Of a stretch of 64,000 bases of DNA, positions 10,306-19,376 are shown piece by piece. Each line of letters opens with the position of its first letter. Within the stretch, counting starts at the first letter, position 1. The position numbers and the translations under genes are program-made. Below the pieces are notes generated by a model that did not search any database, was not told the origin of the DNA, and worked only from the letters and a program-made list of their open reading frames with translations. This DNA comes from Candidatus Saganbacteria bacterium (GTDB taxonomy: Bacteria > Margulisbacteria > WOR-1 > JAKLHX01), in NCBI GenBank assembly GCA_026387835.1, contig JAPLKZ010000013.1:89254-153253 (forward strand), given 5' to 3'.

Positions 10306-11010
10306 TCAAACGGTCCCGGATAGATAAGCTTTCCTTGTCTTTTCAGGGAACTTTTCTATCGCGTACCTCAGCATGGTTCGAGGCATCTTCTTGTAATGCC
10401 CCTTTAAAAAATCCTCTTCTGTCTTTTGTGAGCATCTTTTTCCCGTCTCACGAAGCATCCAGCCGACGGCTTTGTGTATGAGGTCGTGCCCGTCATTTAA
10501 AAGGACCTTTGCGACCTTCAGGGTTTCTTTCGGATCGCCTCTTTTAATATAGTTAAAGGTCGATAATATCGAGATCCTTCTTTCCCAGAGAGAGCTTGAT
10601 CGCGCAAATTTATACAGGAGGCTTTTATCCTTGTCAGAAAGATATTCACCTACTATCTGTTCCGCAGTAAGGTCTATCAGGTCCCAGTTGTTGATGAACC
10701 TCGTGTTATTAATGTATATATTAAATATCTTCTGCTTTTCGGCCTTGTCTGCCTTGCTATACTTCAAAACCAATATCAAAAGAGTGGTTAACCTTTCCTC
10801 ATGATATTTGGAATGAAGAAGCTTTATGCAGTCGGGCAACGTGATATCTCTGAACTTTTTTACAATGTTTCTGACATCCGGCACAACGATACCAAGGAAA
10901 ACGTCTCCTTCCCCGTACTGCCCGGGCCCGGTCTTGAAGAACCCTGCCAGTATCTTTGCCTTTTGCGGGGAAGCGCAGTCGCGAAGGTCTTTTTTCAGTT
11001 TTGAAAGCAT
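10306..11010 (-). CDS. DNA alkylation repair protein, AlkD-like HEAT-repeat glycosylase family
   Basis: 235 aa from ATG at 11010; the longer ORF to 11382 would overlap tRNA-Ser so was trimmed; family-typical helical repeat sequence. Confidence 0.65.
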   Translation of the reverse strand: MLSKLKKDLRDCASPQKAKILAGFFKTGPGQYGEGDVFLGIVVPDVRNIVKKFRDITLPDCIKLLHSKYHEERLTTLLILVLKYSKADKAEKQKIFNIYINNTRFINNWDLIDLTAEQIVGEYLSDKDKSLLYKFARSSSLWERRISILSTFNYIKRGDPKETLKVAKVLLNDGHDLIHKAVGWMLRETGKRCSQKTEEDFLKGHYKKMPRTMLRYAIEKFPEKTRKAYLSGTV

Positions 11011-11030
11011 GATGAAATTATTGTTAAAAT

Positions 11031-11117
11031 CGGAAGGAGCAGGATTTGAACCTGCGGTGCGCTTGCACGCACAGTAGTTTTCAAGACTACCGCCATAAAC
11101 CACTCGGCCATCCTTCC
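11031..11117 (-). tRNA. tRNA-Ser (anticodon TGA), type II with long variable arm
   Basis: GGAAGGATGGCCGAGTGG...CTTGAAA anticodon loop...TTCAAATCC T-loop; 7-bp acceptor stem GGAAGGA/TCCTTCC; no encoded CCA. Confidence 0.85.
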
Positions 11118-11262
11118 ATGTCCCGCTCGCTTGCCCCGAGCCTGTCGAGGGGGCCACCTCTCCGTAAAATATTGTATCACGGCTGTAGGTGCGTAGGATA
11201 TCAGCACGACCTCCGGCAAATGACCAAATAATCCCGTTCCCGCGACATTTTTTGGAAAAATC

Positions 11263-11307
11263 AAAATTGAGTGAAATTTCAAAAAATACCTGTCGAGAAG
11301 AATATGG
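11263..11307 (+). promoter_or_regulatory. conserved upstream element (copy 2 of 3), AAAATTGAGTGAAATT-N15-CGAGAA-N2-ATATGG
   Basis: Same spacing as copies at 3515 and 28626; about 135 nt upstream of ATG 11442. Confidence 0.35.
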
Positions 11308-11441
11308 CAAGAAATAACAGGCATGTAAAAAATACATCGCCGGTGAACAAAGAAAAAACTGAAAGGAGGACTGGAAATACAAAAAAATTGAAGTTTCATA
11401 AATGTCCGGGGGCGAAAATATTTAAAGTAAGGAGATAACAG

Positions 11442-12515
11442 ATGATAGCAGTAAAAGGTTCCACAACAGTCCCGAAATTAGGATTACTGACCGTTCCCCT
11501 GCATTTTAAAGAATGCAAGCCAAGGCTCACCGGTATTCAAGATGCGGCAAGATTTGCAAAGAGCGCGGGATACGATACCCTTCAGGTAGCGATGTTCCCG
11601 ACAGTAAGCAAAGACGGTACCATAAGGGATTTTTCCGCTATGACAGCTGATCCCAAGTTCCTTTTGGACAAAGCGAATGCTGCCGAGATCACGGAAGGAT
11701 TAGCTGCAATAAAGGCTGAAACAGGAGTAGGCATCGATTCTGTATGCTTCTGCGCCAACCCGCTTGGCAACCTTGAAGACAGAGAACATTTAAAGGCGGT
11801 TATCGATGCAGGTGCAGTTCTGGGAGCAAGGTCCGTGGTTACTTTCATAGGTAATCCGTTCCCATTAGCCGGCAAACCTCTTTCCGGTGCAGATCTGAGA
11901 AAGTTCTTTGTTGATAAGCTGGCGACCGACTATGCGCCGCTGGTCAATCAGACAACGCAACTCGGTCTCGAGTTCGACGTTGAAGACTGCCCGATGTACT
12001 TCACGATGTCACCCAACGGATCGACACCGATCACGAACATGTTCTTCACTCCCGCACTGAAAAGATTAGTTCTAAGTGTATTGCCGGACATAAAGATCCA
12101 CTTTGATGGGTCGCACACAAGGAATTACCGCGGTGCGAGGGAAGAGAACCCGGCTGCTTCAAGGACAATAGCCGAGATCATTGCAGAATTCGGCGATGCT
12201 TTCGGGCAATCGATCCACCTGAAGGACGGAGTTGATGATCCTAAGGGAATGGCTGATCATCTGGGAGCCGGCGACATGTTCGAGCCGAACACTCACACAC
12301 AGGGATTATGGATCGCAAGAGCACCGGGCAGGGGAGCAATCGACTGGCTGCACTTTGAAATGGCAATGAAAGCATTTGCCCCACGGTCAACGGCAAGGAT
12401 AGTAGAGCTGGAAGATACAAGCGCGTCTTCAAGGGCGGACAACGAACAGTTGTTCATCGGTGTCGCACAGTTCTACAGAAATATATTTGAACAGGTTTAC
12501 GGGTCCAAAGGCTGA
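11442..12515 (+). CDS. putative sugar phosphate isomerase/epimerase-like protein (TIM-barrel type), uncertain
   Basis: 357 aa ORF with RBS aaggag; assignment rests on weak similarity and on the typical pairing with a downstream Gfo/Idh/MocA oxidoreductase. Confidence 0.4.
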   Translation: MIAVKGSTTVPKLGLLTVPLHFKECKPRLTGIQDAARFAKSAGYDTLQVAMFPTVSKDGTIRDFSAMTADPKFLLDKANAAEITEGLAAIKAETGVGIDSVCFCANPLGNLEDREHLKAVIDAGAVLGARSVVTFIGNPFPLAGKPLSGADLRKFFVDKLATDYAPLVNQTTQLGLEFDVEDCPMYFTMSPNGSTPITNMFFTPALKRLVLSVLPDIKIHFDGSHTRNYRGAREENPAASRTIAEIIAEFGDAFGQSIHLKDGVDDPKGMADHLGAGDMFEPNTHTQGLWIARAPGRGAIDWLHFEMAMKAFAPRSTARIVELEDTSASSRADNEQLFIGVAQFYRNIFEQVYGSKG

Positions 12516-12526
12516 TCTGACAATCA

Positions 12527-12550
12527 GGGCGGTCGCCTCGGCGACCGCCC
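12527..12550 (+). other. perfect GC-rich hairpin (10-bp stem GGGCGGTCGC / GCGACCGCCC, 4-nt loop) in the intergenic gap
   Basis: Directly visible palindrome; no downstream T-tract so not a canonical intrinsic terminator. Confidence 0.5.
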
Positions 12551-12583
12551 AGGTTCCGGAATAAGAAGAAAGGAGAAAAGAAG

Positions 12584-13774
12584 ATGCCAATAAGTACGAC
12601 CGAAGTAGCAAACAGCAATTACAGAGTTAGAGTCGGGATAGTCGGCGGAGGAAGGGGTTTTATCGGTGGAGCTCATAAGGTTGCGATAGGCATGGGCAAT
12701 AGAGAACTTGTCGCAGGAGCATTGCACCAGAACCCCACAATAGCCGAATCAGAAGCTAAGGTTTGGGGTCTTAAGCGCGGATATCCTAATTATGAACAGA
12801 TGATCAGGGAAGAAGCTTTGCTTCCCGCGGAGCAAAAGATCCAATATCTTACGATAGTTACCCCTAACGTCACACACTTTGGAATAGCAAAAATGGCCCT
12901 TGAGAACGGGATCCCGGTGTTCTGCGAGAAGCCGCTGACGTTCGACCTCGCGCAGGCAATCGCACTTCAAAGGCTCGCGAAAGAAAAGAACCTTCCTTTT
13001 GGCGTGGCATACACGTACACGGGTTTCTGGGCGACAATGAAGGCAAGGGACCTGGTTATGAGCGGAGCTCTCGGTAACATAACAAGTGCCGACAGCTGGT
13101 ACAATCAGGGCTGGCTGGACAAGGCGCTTGAATCAGCAGAGATGGCCAATGTCGGCGGTCATCAGCAGGCTGAATGGCGCACTGACCCGGCAAGAGCAGG
13201 CATTTCATGCTGCGGCGGTGATATCGGCACCCATGCGTTTCAGAATATCCGTTTCATAACAGGGCTTGAAGCTCTGAGCGTATACGGATTCCTGAGAAAA
13301 GTCGTTCCGGGCCGAAAGCTGGACGATGAATTCCTGGCAGTAGCAAATCTCAGTAACGGCGTACAGGCGACAGTCAGAGCATCGCAGATAAGGAGCGGAA
13401 AACAGAACGATGTGGGTTTTATGATCAGCGGCACAAAAGGCACGCTCACTTGGGACATGCAGAGTTTCACGGAGCTCAGCCTTGAGGGCCAGGGGCCTAA
13501 ACAGATATTCAGACAGGGGGATGAAGTGTCTGCAGCGCAGGCGCCTTTTGTCGGTCTTCCCGGTGCACACTGGCATGCACACTATGATGCGTTCGCGGCT
13601 CTCCATACAACAATGGAAGCACGCGTAAGGGCTCTCAATGGAGAGGCAGCGTCGATCTATCCGCACCCAACGGTCGCGGACGGAGTGGCAGGGATGGCGT
13701 TCATCAAGGCAACGGTCGAAAGCAACGAGAGAGGTCATATAGTTGCACCTGTTGAACAGAACCCGACGAATTGA
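12584..13774 (+). CDS. Gfo/Idh/MocA family oxidoreductase
   Basis: 396 aa; N-terminal Rossmann motif VGIVGGGRGFIGGAHK, CEKPL motif. Confidence 0.8.
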   Translation: MPISTTEVANSNYRVRVGIVGGGRGFIGGAHKVAIGMGNRELVAGALHQNPTIAESEAKVWGLKRGYPNYEQMIREEALLPAEQKIQYLTIVTPNVTHFGIAKMALENGIPVFCEKPLTFDLAQAIALQRLAKEKNLPFGVAYTYTGFWATMKARDLVMSGALGNITSADSWYNQGWLDKALESAEMANVGGHQQAEWRTDPARAGISCCGGDIGTHAFQNIRFITGLEALSVYGFLRKVVPGRKLDDEFLAVANLSNGVQATVRASQIRSGKQNDVGFMISGTKGTLTWDMQSFTELSLEGQGPKQIFRQGDEVSAAQAPFVGLPGAHWHAHYDAFAALHTTMEARVRALNGEAASIYPHPTVADGVAGMAFIKATVESNERGHIVAPVEQNPTN

Positions 13775-13794
13775 TCGATAGTCCGATAATATTA

Positions 13795-13827
13795 GGCGGG
13801 CCGCAAGCGGCCCGCCTTTTCTTTTTC
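13795..13827 (+). terminator. rho-independent terminator
   Basis: GGCGGGCCGCAAGCGGCCCGCC hairpin followed by TTTTCTTTTTC. Confidence 0.7.
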
Positions 13828-13913
13828 ATAGGTCCGCCTTGCTTGATTTGACCTGCCTTTTGCAATACAATAGAAATAAAGAAGCATTAATTATTCCGGA
13901 GGGGGTGAGTTTG

Positions 13914-14132
13914 ATGAAGAAAATGATAGCGATGATCGCCGTTTTGATGTTCGTTGCGGTTGTTTATACCGGGTGCGCACCGTCAACAGAAAAAAAGACC
14001 GAGACAACAACAACGACAACAATGTCAACAACAGAAACTACAGTGGTAACAAAGGAAGCAGCAGCCAAACCGGCAGCAAAAACAGGAAAACATTTAAGGC
14101 ACAAGAAACACAGCAAACACAGAATGAAATAA
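13914..14132 (+). CDS. small Thr-rich lipoprotein (72 aa)
   Basis: Signal peptide MKKMIAMIAVLMFVAVVYTGC with lipobox-like YTGC; RBS ggaggggg upstream; basic C-terminus. Confidence 0.5.
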   Translation: MKKMIAMIAVLMFVAVVYTGCAPSTEKKTETTTTTTMSTTETTVVTKEAAAKPAAKTGKHLRHKKHSKHRMK

Positions 14133-14160
14133 TAATTTTTTACCAGACTTAAAACAAGAA

Positions 14161-14194
14161 GCCGCTGGCAGAAACGTCAGCGGTTTTTTTGTTT
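14161..14194 (+). terminator. rho-independent terminator
   Basis: GCCGCTGGCAGAAACGTCAGCGG hairpin followed by TTTTTTTGTTTTG. Confidence 0.6.
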
Positions 14195-14285
14195 TGTTAG
14201 ATAAGTTATTCACTAGACCAAAAAACTGAACTATGTATATGTTCGATACTTGCTATTTCACATAAATAGATTAATATAGAAATAT

Positions 14286-15881
14286 ATGAACATATTACCC
14301 TTTTTAAAGAAACCCTCGACGGGTTCGGCATATGAAGACGAACGAAATATCTATGTCGGCAACCTGAGCCTGGATGACCGGCCGGCAAGCGATCTGAAAG
14401 ACCTGAGCGGCTTTTTCAAGAGAATACTTCACAAGAGGATAGACAGGTTCTGTCCCGACAAAAGAAAGGTCATCACCAGATTTCTCGAAATAAGTGACGC
14501 GGCCCATCTGGGATCCATCATTAAAAGGGCTCTCGATCTTGATAAGGGCCGGATATCGGCAAAACTCCGCGAGGTCATGGCCGAATTTTCCAAAAGGCAT
14601 AGATCCATCGAGAATATATTTATGCGGAATTACCTGAAAGTCGCGGCTGCCGCCGAGTCCATATCACCCTCCCCGTCAAAAGAAAAAAAGCTTCTCATAG
14701 GATCCCTTTTCACTATGGAATATTCTTATGAATCAACAAGCCTGTTCAATCCTTCTGTTGTGCTGTATCCAAAGCAGAACGGCCTTAAAAAGGGGCAGGT
14801 CAGGGTCGTTTTCTGTTTCAGGGCCACAGGGGAGGGGCATATCTCATCGATCATCTTCAGGAGCGCGGTGATAGATAAGAACAATGACATCTATCTTGAG
14901 CCGATAAGCCGCTTTGCCTCGACCCCCGCAGTTAACATGGACCCTACATACGAGAAGAAGATCTTCGCTGAAAAATTAAAAGACATAGGTTCGCTGGACG
15001 AAACAGCGGCGGCGATACTCGGCCGTCTCCCGGATAATTTTTCGTATAACGAACTTATGAACGAGATAAAAGACTTTCTCCCTTCAGGATCAAATGACGT
15101 CGGCATGGCATCTAAGCTTTCTCCGGTCAAGATGAAGTGGCTTGCCGACTGTAATTATGAGGTCTCATTTCCGCCTGATCAGCTGATATCCGAGAGAGTT
15201 TTATTCCCTGTCTCACCTACCGAAAGCAACGGAATGGAGGATGCCAGGTTCGTGCGTTTTACGCGGGACAGCGGAGATTTTATTTATTACGCGACGTATA
15301 CGGCATATAACGGCATCTCTATTCTGCCGCAGATACTTGAGACAAAAGATTTTCATCATTTCAAGATGTCAACACTGAACGGGCCTTTTGCAAAAGACAA
15401 AGGCATGGCGCTTTTTCCCAGAAAAATAAACGGCAGATACGCGATGATATCAAGGTCCGACGGTGAAAATCTTTTTCTGATGTATTCCGATAATCTGAAT
15501 TTCTGGTACGAAGCAGTAAAGATGCAGGAACCGAGCCGGACATGGGAGATGGTCAAGATAGGCAACTGCGGCTCTCCGATAGAGACAAAGGAAGGCTGGC
15601 TGCTTTTGACGCATGGCATCGGTCCGATGAGAAAATACTGCATAGGGATAGAACTTCTTGACCTGAACGACCCGTCAAAGGTGATCGCGAAGATGGAAGA
15701 GCCCCTTTTAAGCCCCACGGAAGAAGAGCGGGACGGTTACGTGCCGAATGTCGTATATAGCTGCGGTTCTATCCTTATCCGCGATAAGCTGATCATCCCG
15801 TATGCCGAATCCGATTCGGTCTCAAGCATAGCGGTGATAAGGCTTAATGAACTTCTTGATAAACTCTTGAAAAAGCGCTGA
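14286..15881 (+). CDS. GH130-like glycosidase/phosphorylase domain protein with about 280 aa N-terminal extension
   Basis: C-terminal half resembles GH130 beta-propeller (GMEDARFVRF..., YYATYTAYNG, repeated blade-like segments); N-terminal region unrecognised. Confidence 0.55.
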   Translation: MNILPFLKKPSTGSAYEDERNIYVGNLSLDDRPASDLKDLSGFFKRILHKRIDRFCPDKRKVITRFLEISDAAHLGSIIKRALDLDKGRISAKLREVMAEFSKRHRSIENIFMRNYLKVAAAAESISPSPSKEKKLLIGSLFTMEYSYESTSLFNPSVVLYPKQNGLKKGQVRVVFCFRATGEGHISSIIFRSAVIDKNNDIYLEPISRFASTPAVNMDPTYEKKIFAEKLKDIGSLDETAAAILGRLPDNFSYNELMNEIKDFLPSGSNDVGMASKLSPVKMKWLADCNYEVSFPPDQLISERVLFPVSPTESNGMEDARFVRFTRDSGDFIYYATYTAYNGISILPQILETKDFHHFKMSTLNGPFAKDKGMALFPRKINGRYAMISRSDGENLFLMYSDNLNFWYEAVKMQEPSRTWEMVKIGNCGSPIETKEGWLLLTHGIGPMRKYCIGIELLDLNDPSKVIAKMEEPLLSPTEEERDGYVPNVVYSCGSILIRDKLIIPYAESDSVSSIAVIRLNELLDKLLKKR

Positions 15882-15959
15882 CTGCTATTAACTTCCACGT
15901 TTCGCTATTGAACACCTTACTGGTGTTGAAAAAATCAACAGTATTGATGGGATAAGTTG

Positions 15960-16048
15960 TCACGAATTGTCTCACGAATGAGTTTATCGCGAATAACGCC
16001 AATAAGAATTTTGCTAATTGTCGCGAATTATCACTAATCACACGAATC
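15960..16048 (+). repeat. left terminal inverted repeat and array of five CACGAAT/CGCGAAT heptamers
   Basis: TCACGAATTGTCTCACGAAT at 15960-15979 matches the reverse complement of 16523-16546 apart from a 4-nt indel; heptamers start at 15961, 15974, 15988, 16022, 16042. Confidence 0.65.
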
Positions 16049-16093
16049 GGGCGGGGAAATTGCTGGTAGGTCCATCATAGGAGGAAATTAATT

Positions 16094-16474
16094 ATGGGCG
16101 CAAAACTTATCCATGCCGAATTGAGCTATAAGTTGGTCGGGGTTCTTTACAAAGTATATAACGAGCTTGGCGGCGGGTATCAGGAAAAAATATATCAATC
16201 TGCGGTCAGAAAAGAGTTGAAAAAAAGCGGGATAAATTTTACCGAACAATTGGGAATAGATCTGTTATATGACGACAAAAAAATAGGCAGATATTTTCTT
16301 GATTTTGTCATTGAGAACAAAATCGTGCTGGAGCTCAAGGTTGTCCCAAGATTTTCACCCCGCGACATAATGCAGGTGCTCGGTTATCTTAAACAGACCG
16401 GACTGGAGCTCGGCATTCTTGCCAGCATGAACAGAAATGGCATTATTATGAAACGTATACTGAAAGGAAATTAG
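16094..16474 (+). CDS. GxxExxY family protein (PD-(D/E)XK-like small protein)
   Basis: 126 aa; family-typical N-terminus ...HAELSYKLVGVLYKVYNELGGGYQEKIYQ...; RBS aggagg. Confidence 0.75.
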   Translation: MGAKLIHAELSYKLVGVLYKVYNELGGGYQEKIYQSAVRKELKKSGINFTEQLGIDLLYDDKKIGRYFLDFVIENKIVLELKVVPRFSPRDIMQVLGYLKQTGLELGILASMNRNGIIMKRILKGN

Positions 16475-16478
16475 CGTT

Positions 16479-16556
16479 ATTCGTGTAAATTCGAGTTAAT
16501 AAGTGAGATCTCTATTCGTGTGATTCGTGATACAGACAATTCGTGAAAGATTCGTG
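16479..16556 (+). repeat. right terminal inverted repeat and array of ATTCGTG heptamers (reverse complement of left array)
   Basis: ATTCGTG at 16479, 16514, 16523, 16539, 16550 plus a degenerate copy at 16489. Confidence 0.65.
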
Positions 16557-16627
16557 ATAAATAGGCCTACACACAATTCTCATAATCTGCACTTAACTCA
16601 TCCTCCATTGCGAAAGTGAGAAGAACT

Positions 16628-18871
16628 TTACTCCAAGTTCTCCAGCTCGTATTCTTCCATCATCGCAAGTAGTGCAAGAAGGAAAGATACCGTGCTCTCG
16701 GCTCCCTGGTTCATGCTGGCGCCGCCCTGCATAAGGCCGTCGGAGCATCCTTTTGAGGCCATATCATACATGGGAACTCCCAGATCGTTCTCTCCAAGGA
16801 ACCAGTCGAACGCCTGTTTCATCTTCTTCAGGTATCCGGTGTCATGCGTCACCCTGTAGGCCGATTGCAGCGCCATTACCATCGAAGCGGCATCTATGGA
16901 CTGCTGGTCAAACTGGGCTTTTTTGCCGCCTTTGGTGAACCAGCCGTTACTTCCCACGACTGAAAGGATGCCGTCCTTAAAAACGATCTTTTCCAAAAAG
17001 GCCAGAGATTCTTTCGCGGTCTTCAGCAGTTTTTCGTCTTTAAGGATACTATAAGCATTAAACAGCGACATGGGCATGATCGCGTTATCATAGCAAAGGA
17101 TATCCTCGAACCATTTCCACTGATCGCCCGCATGCTTCTGATATGCACCCTCCAGGTCATTTATTATTTTTTTCAACAGCTCATATGCCTGTTCGTCCGA
17201 ATTAAATATCCTCAGGTAGCACACTATCCCCAGGGCAGCAAAGGCTTTGCCTCTAAGATTAAGCTTAGGGATAATATTGAACGATTTCTTGATCATTTCC
17301 GCGGCAAAAGACCTGTAGGCCTCGTTCTTTGTCCTCCAGATAAGAAACCCAAGCGACCAGATCGCCCTGCCGTTACTGTCGTCCGAGCCCTTTTCCTCCA
17401 GATGGTTCCTTTTATAATCTATAAAATTGGCAAAGCCGCCGTCTTCTTTCTGCATGTACTTGACAAAACTGCAATAGATGGAAAGCAGGTCCTCGGCTTC
17501 TTTGTCCTCCAGAAGAGATGCCGCCCACGCGGCAAGCATTATCGCTCTTGCGTTATCGTCAAGGCAGTAGCCGGTGCTCCTGTCAGGCACGAGATATTTT
17601 GCGTGCTGGATCATCCCCGTATCATCGGTCAGCCTTTTTATGTGGGTCAGGTCAAAGGCCGGCAATCCCATCACCGACGTTGACTTGGGGTAATGCGAAA
17701 AGACCGGTTTCTTTTCGGAGGAGACTTTTGAAAGGAGCTCCGCGTATTTTGCTGATATCTTCTTCCATGTCATCTGCCTTCCGGACTCATAAGCTTTTTT
17801 TTGCAGGGCCTTGAGTTTTTTTTCGTTCATTAAGAGGTCCCTGAGTATCTCCGAGAGTTTTTCTGAGTCGTTAAAATCAAACAAATATCCCCTGCCGCCT
17901 GACAGCATCTCTTCGGCGTACCAGTAGGGGGTGGAGATTATCGCATTGCCGGCGCCGATCGCGTACGAAAGAGTGCCGCTGACGACCTGAGCTTTGTTCA
18001 TATAAGGAGTGATATAGATGTCAGATGCCGAAAGCCAAGCGTAAAGCTCTTCTATTGTCACGAACCTGTCATCGAAAATGACATAAGGCCTGAGGTTCAG
18101 CTTGCCGACAAGCTTGATAAGGCTTTCCCTGTATCTCTCTCCCTGTTCTTTTTGGACATGAGGATGGGTCTTTCCCAGTATCACGTAAGTGAGGTCGGGA
18201 AAATCTTTTATCACGGAAGGCAGTGACTTTATGACCGTCTCTATCCCCTTGTTGGGGGCTAAAAGGCCGAACGTCAGTATCATCTTTTTGCCTTCAAGCT
18301 TGAAGCGTTTTTTATAATGTGAGGAGTCAAGAGAAGTGAAATCCGGCGTCCCGTGAAGTATCAGCTCTATTTTTTCGCCCGGCGCGTTATAGACATCTTT
18401 CAGCAGTTCAATGCTTTTTCTGCTCATGACGACGATATTGTTGGAGCGCTGGATGATCTCCGACATTATCCTCTTCTGGTTGGCGTTGGGATTTTGAAGC
18501 ACGGTATGAAGTGTCGTGATAAGCGGCACGTTAAGCCTTGACAGAAGAGAAAGTATATATATTCCATCCCATCCGCCGAATATGCCGAATTCATGCTGCA
18601 GGCAGACAACCTGGGCGTTGCTGGTGTTTATTATGTTGGCGGCATCAAGATAATCCTTCTGCCTGTTCTGGTTGATAGAAAAGATCACTTCTTTGGGATA
18701 ATCGTAGATCCGGCCCTCGTCATTTAAAGCGATGGCAAAGATGCTTGACTTATCGGACAGCCTTTCGGTGACGGCGTTGCACAGGTCGCTGGTGAAGGTG
18801 GCGATGCCGCATATGCGCGGAAGATAGTTCCCGATGAACGCGACATTAAGTTTTTTCTTGCAGTGGAACAT
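16628..18871 (-). CDS. GT4-family glycosyltransferase fused to a C-terminal domain of unknown function (about 350 aa)
   Basis: N-terminal half has group-1 glycosyltransferase features; ATG at 18871 chosen, an in-frame TTG at 18901 would add 10 aa. Confidence 0.7.
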   Translation of the reverse strand: MFHCKKKLNVAFIGNYLPRICGIATFTSDLCNAVTERLSDKSSIFAIALNDEGRIYDYPKEVIFSINQNRQKDYLDAANIINTSNAQVVCLQHEFGIFGGWDGIYILSLLSRLNVPLITTLHTVLQNPNANQKRIMSEIIQRSNNIVVMSRKSIELLKDVYNAPGEKIELILHGTPDFTSLDSSHYKKRFKLEGKKMILTFGLLAPNKGIETVIKSLPSVIKDFPDLTYVILGKTHPHVQKEQGERYRESLIKLVGKLNLRPYVIFDDRFVTIEELYAWLSASDIYITPYMNKAQVVSGTLSYAIGAGNAIISTPYWYAEEMLSGGRGYLFDFNDSEKLSEILRDLLMNEKKLKALQKKAYESGRQMTWKKISAKYAELLSKVSSEKKPVFSHYPKSTSVMGLPAFDLTHIKRLTDDTGMIQHAKYLVPDRSTGYCLDDNARAIMLAAWAASLLEDKEAEDLLSIYCSFVKYMQKEDGGFANFIDYKRNHLEEKGSDDSNGRAIWSLGFLIWRTKNEAYRSFAAEMIKKSFNIIPKLNLRGKAFAALGIVCYLRIFNSDEQAYELLKKIINDLEGAYQKHAGDQWKWFEDILCYDNAIMPMSLFNAYSILKDEKLLKTAKESLAFLEKIVFKDGILSVVGSNGWFTKGGKKAQFDQQSIDAASMVMALQSAYRVTHDTGYLKKMKQAFDWFLGENDLGVPMYDMASKGCSDGLMQGGASMNQGAESTVSFLLALLAMMEEYELENLE

Positions 18872-18973
18872 GATCTTGGCCTTTTGTATCCTTGAATCCA
18901 ATTATATACTAATAATGGGAGGATAAACTCAAAACTCCGGTTTTGGCTATGTTATAATTATTTTTGTATACCT

Positions 18974-19046
18974 GAGCCACTAGCTCATCTGGTAGAGCAC
19001 TTGCCTTTTAAGCAAGTGGTGCCGCGTTCGAGTCGCGGGTGGCTCA
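18974..19046 (+). tRNA. tRNA-Lys (anticodon TTT)
   Basis: Acceptor GAGCCAC/GTGGCTC, anticodon loop CTTTTAA, T-loop TTCGAGT. Confidence 0.85.
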
Positions 19047-19052
19047 AATTAT

Positions 19053-19128
19053 GGGCCCGTGGTGTAGCCTGGTCTAACACGCATGCCTGTCACGCATGAG
19101 ATCGAGGGTTCAAATCCCTTCGGGCCCG
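19053..19128 (+). tRNA. tRNA-Asp (anticodon GTC)
   Basis: Acceptor GGGCCCG/CGGGCCC, anticodon loop CTGTCAC, T-loop TTCAAAT. Confidence 0.85.
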
Positions 19129-19134
19129 TTTGTT

Positions 19135-19207
19135 GGCGGGTTAGCTCAGTTGGTAGAGCAGTAGCCTGAAAAGCTATGTGTCCTCAGTTCAATTCTGAGA
19201 CCCGCCA
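19135..19207 (+). tRNA. tRNA-Phe (anticodon GAA)
   Basis: Acceptor GGCGGGT/ACCCGCC, anticodon loop CTGAAAA, T-loop TTCAATT. Confidence 0.85.
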
Positions 19208-19259
19208 AATTATCTTTTTTGCTGTGGGCTTGCGCCGAGCGAGTGAAGCGAGTCGAGGC

Positions 19260-19332
19260 GCCGACGTAGCTCAGCTGGTAGAGCAGCTGTTTCGTAAACA
19301 GCAGGTCGTCAGTTCAATCCTGACCGTCGGCT
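19260..19332 (+). tRNA. tRNA-Thr (anticodon CGT)
   Basis: Acceptor GCCGACG/CGTCGGC, anticodon loop TTCGTAA, T-loop TTCAATC. Confidence 0.85.
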
Positions 19333-19376
19333 TTAATAAGTTTTATGTTAGAATATGCTATCTGAAAGGAAGAAAT

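Noticed and set aside
10995-11399. 134 aa ORF on the minus strand, and the 5-prime extension of ORF 10306..11382
   Set aside because: Both read through the tRNA-Ser gene at 11031-11117; the AlkD-like gene was trimmed to the ATG at 11010 and the other ORF treated as spurious.
17132-17814. Plus-strand ORFs inside the GT4 gene
   Set aside because: Antisense to a long, well-supported minus-strand glycosyltransferase ORF.
19176-19376. Upstream extension of the response-regulator ORF
   Set aside because: It overlaps tRNA-Phe and tRNA-Thr; the ATG at 19377 with an RBS gives a normal-length receiver domain.
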